From positions 1-64,000 of the forward strand of contig MEDY01000074.1 of the NCBI GenBank assembly GCA_001724265.1: DNA of 64,000 nucleotides, given 5' to 3'. Of the stretch, positions 60,513 through 64,000 are shown piece after piece. A model generated the notes under the pieces. That model ran no database searches. It was not told where the DNA came from and saw only the letters and a program-made list of their open reading frames with translations. Origin of the DNA: Rhizaria sp. SCN 62-66 (lineage: Eukaryota). Both the position numbers and the translations under genes were made by a program. Each line of letters begins with the position of its first letter. Positions within the stretch are counted from its first letter, which is position 1.

Positions 60513-61168
60513 CGGGAGAGCGGGGGACGGCGGGCCGCCGGGCTGGCAGTCGGCGCGCACAAGTGGTGGTGAGAAATGGCCTTGTTCGGAGAGAGGCTGT
60601 CTTGAGGGGGAAATCTATAAACAACGACTAAAAATGTGCAAATATCAATAGATAAGATGTGTGTAAGCTGGATACAATTGTTTCTCGCCCTTAAAAAGTG
60701 GTACTAGTGTGTTGCCGATTGAGAAATGAACTCGTCTGGCATCAGGGATCTCGCGCCTCAGCGCATCACCGCCAAACAGCGATCATTAAACCAAGAAAGG
60801 TTTCTGAGTCAACACGAATTATAAAGAGGATACAAATCATATAGTTCTTCTAGTTGCCAGTATTCCTAGACGTTTGACGATCATAGACATTCATACGTGA
60901 GGATAACAATCACGCCTCTCCGGAGTCTCCGCACGCTGTGAGCCGCGCCTCAGTCAACACGAGTTTTTCGCTGAATGGGTGTTATCACGACATGTATAAG
61001 CTAAACTAGGGTATTTCTTGTTTGTGCAGTTAAAGACAGTATGTTTATTTTGTGTCTATAGAATGAAATCTGGCCAATTGGTCATATTGTCCTGAAATCG
61101 AGTCTAATGAGTAAGGTTGGTACAGTACAACGCTCATGCGTTGCAGTCTTTCTCGGATCAAGTGGTGC

Positions 61169-61803
61169 TCAAAAGTCCATCTCCATCTCCATATCCAAGT
61201 CCGCATCACCCGCGGCCGCAGGCGCAGGCGCCGGAGCAGCAGCGGCGGCAGGAGCAGGAGCAGCGGCGGCAGGCGCAGGAGCAGCGGTGGCAGGAGCAGG
61301 AGCAGCGGTGGCAGGAGCGGTGGCAGGCTTGTCATCGTCTAGCCCCATATCCATATCCATATCGAGACCCTCATCAGCCACCGGCTTGGCAGCGGGCGCG
61401 GGCGCAGGCGCAAGCGCGGGCGCAGGCGCGGGCGCAGGAGCCGCGGCAGGAGCCGCGGCAGGAGCCGCATCGAGGTCACCGTCGAGGTCCGCGTCCAAAT
61501 CCATCTCTGGTTCAGCCACAGGAGCAGTCGCCGCAGGAGCAGCAGCGGCAGCGGCGGGCGCTGCGACAGCATGAGCAGGGGAAGCGGCAGCGGCGGGCGC
61601 CAGGGGTGCGGGCAGGTCTAAGTCGCCGTCGAGGTCCGCATCAAGCTCCATCTCGCCATCAGCGGCCGCAGCGGCCGCAGCGGGCGCGGCAGGCGCGGCA
61701 GGCGCAGCAGGCACGGCAGGCGCGGAGGCAGCAGCAGCGGCGGCGGGAGCAGCAGCCTTAGGACTCGCAGCAGCAGCATCAGCAGCAGCATCAGCAGCAG
61801 CAT

Positions 61804-61838
<35 letters not shown>

Positions 61839-64000
61839 GGTGCAGGTGCGGGTGCGGGCGCGGGCGTGGCATCGAGGTCCATGTCTTCGAGTTCCAAATC
61901 ACCCGAAGCAGGCTCAATCGCAACAGGCGCAGCAGCAGCGGGGGCGGCGGCAGGAGATGCGTCGAGCTCCATGTCAGCTCCAAGGTCAAGGTCCATACCC
62001 GCATCATCAACAGCAATAGCAGCAGCAGGAGCAGCAGCGGCAGCAGGCTCCTCAGCGGCAGGGGCAGGCTCCGCAGTGGCAGGAGCAGCGGGAGCCGCAG
62101 GCGCGTCAAGAGCGAGGTCGTCATCGAGCGCAAGGTCTGCGTCCGCCGCCGCAGCAGTAGGAGCAGCAGGCTCAGCAGCAGCATGATCAGAAGCAGCAGC
62201 AGCGGCGGGCTCAGCCGCGGCCGGCACAACAGCAGCCGCAGTAGCCGCAGCGGGCGTGGAAGCAGCAGCGGGCTCGCTGGCGTCGAGGTCAGCCTCCAGA
62301 CTCAACGAATCATCGGATGCTCCTGTCGCCGGCTCCGCAGCCTCAGCAGCAGCAGGGCCAGCGGCGACAGGGACCACGTCGTCGTCGGCGCCATTGTCCT
62401 GGGTCATGAAAAACGACTGGCCCCCAGGCTCGGCACCAGGCGCCGCTGCAGCCTCAGCAGGCTTCTCCTCTGCCTTAGCCTCAGGCTCAAGTGCAACCTC
62501 AGCCTCGGTCTGAGCAACGCCAGGCTCAGCAGCAGCAACAAAAGCGTCGGAAACGGACTCAGGCGCGTTGCCCTCAGCAGCCACGGGCATCTCGTCCACA
62601 CCACCAACGCCGTCGGCTTCCTCGGCCGCGTCCCCAGCAGCAGCGGCTTCAGCAGCCTCAGCATCCGCCGCCGCCGCATCCAGTGCCGCATCAGTGCGCG
62701 CAACGGTCTCAGCCGCGTCGGCCGCGGTCTCAGTCTCAGGTGCGGCCGCGGGTGCGGGCTGATCGTCGCCCTTGACGTGACTTGCCCCGCCGTTGTTCTC
62801 AGCAGGGGTGATGCAGAACGCCGCGCTGGCCCGCGCGACCGCCGCGCCGTGGGCCGCCGCCTGTTCCTGCTGCTGTCGCCGCCGCTGCTCTTCTTTGGCC
62901 TGCTGCTGCCGTGCCGTCCGCGCGCGCGCCTCGTCCATCCGCGCCTGCACTTCCTTCAGCCGCGTCTTGCGCGCTTCCTCCTCCTCCGCGGCGGCCTTAA
63001 CCATCGCATCGCGCTCTTCCCGCTCCTTCTTGCGCCGCTCGCGCTCCTTCGCGCGCACCTCGGCCAGCGCGGCGGCGCGCTCCTCGCGCGTCTCAGCCGC
63101 TTTGGCCTTGGCTTCTTCCTCGGCTTCCTCGCGCTTGCGCTTCTCCTCGGCCTCCCGCGCCGCGCGCTGCTCGGCGATCTCCTTGACACGGGCGGCGACG
63201 CGCGCGCGCCTGTCCTGCTCCTCCGCGCGCAACTGCGCCAGACGCTCTTGCTCACGCGCCGAGGGCGGGAGGTATACAGGGACCAGGTCGGGCCGCAGCG
63301 GCAGCGTCAGCACGAGCGCCATCTTGGCGCGGTACGCCTCAGCCGTGCGGGCGAGGAACGCGCGCTCGGCGGCCGGCACTGGGACGCCGCGGCGGCCGGC
63401 CTGGGGCGCCATTGTCGTCTGCCGCTTCGGTGCGCCGCCGCGCGAGCCCGCTGCGGCCTGGGTCTGCGAGCGGCGCACGGGCGAGGAGGAGTCGCGCCCA
63501 CGCTCGCGCTCGCTGTGACCGCCGCCGTGGCTGCTCTCGGTCATTGCGGTGGAGGAAGAGTTGGAGCCGGAACTTGCGGGGCGTGGGGAGCTGCGGATCG
63601 GCGGCAACTGCGAGGGCGCGTCCTTACCGTCTTTACCGTTGTTATTCTTGCTCGCCGCGGAAGAAGAAGATGACGAGGACAATGTAACGGGCGCGGTGGC
63701 GCGGAACGACGGCTGGCCGTTCTCGTAGGCGTACGGGGGCGCTGTCGGGTAAGGCACTGAAGCGGGCGCGTCGGGGCCGGAGAAGGCGTCGGAAACGCGC
63801 GTACGGCGCCCGTAGAACGACGAGTCCGTGAACACGATCGCGCGCTCGGACGGCGTCAGCTGTGGGTAATGTTGAAACAGAGGGGATGATAGAGGTGAGA
63901 CTGGGGCTGAGATGGCAGCAGGGATGAAAGGTAGTGACAATAAGAAACGAAGGGGCTGTGAAGGGGAAGGGGAAACGTACCTTGGAGTTGGCGTCATTTT
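61169..64000 (-). CDS. 5'-truncated protein with a charged coiled coil and a C-terminal array of acidic D-[LM]-D-L-D motifs in Ala/Pro linkers
   Basis: Open frame 63859-61169 ending at TGA. Probable intron 63980-63860 (GTACGT..CCCACAG) joins an upstream exon (..NDANSK|LTPSER) that runs off the window. Confidence 0.7.

Noticed and set aside
63860-63997. ATG 63997 as the start of the last gene
   Set aside because: 63980-63860 looks like an intron (GTACGT donor, pyrimidine-rich, CAG acceptor). Its phase places the upstream exon in another frame that runs off the window.

Overview
Eukaryotic (protist-like) nuclear DNA with about 19 tightly packed protein genes. Exons are GC-rich and Ala/Gln-rich; introns (GT-AG, about 50-280 bp, mostly GTACGT donors) and intergenic spacers are AT-rich. 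Recognisable genes: two tandem MORN-repeat proteins, a C2H2 zinc-finger factor, endonuclease G, RPL36, an SPX-SLC13 (Pho87/90/91-type) phosphate transporter, AP-4 sigma, CDC123, a long coiled-coil protein, a castor-type zinc-finger protein, mitoribosomal DAP3/mS29, CWC18/CCDC12, an ankyrin protein and a membrane-anchored FG-nucleoporin. Main discovery: the nuclear genetic code appears non-standard. Eleven in-frame TAG codons lie in six otherwise continuous reading frames. No internal in-frame TAA or TGA occurs in any gene model, and all 19 gene ends are TAA or TGA. The sequence contexts point to UAG = Gln while UAA and UGA remain stops. Secondary findings: a POM121-like nucleoporin architecture, a shared bipartite promoter motif near translation-related genes, a strong +4C splice-donor bias, and convergent genes whose stops are 5 bp apart. 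Gene models were built by eye; no database search was run.
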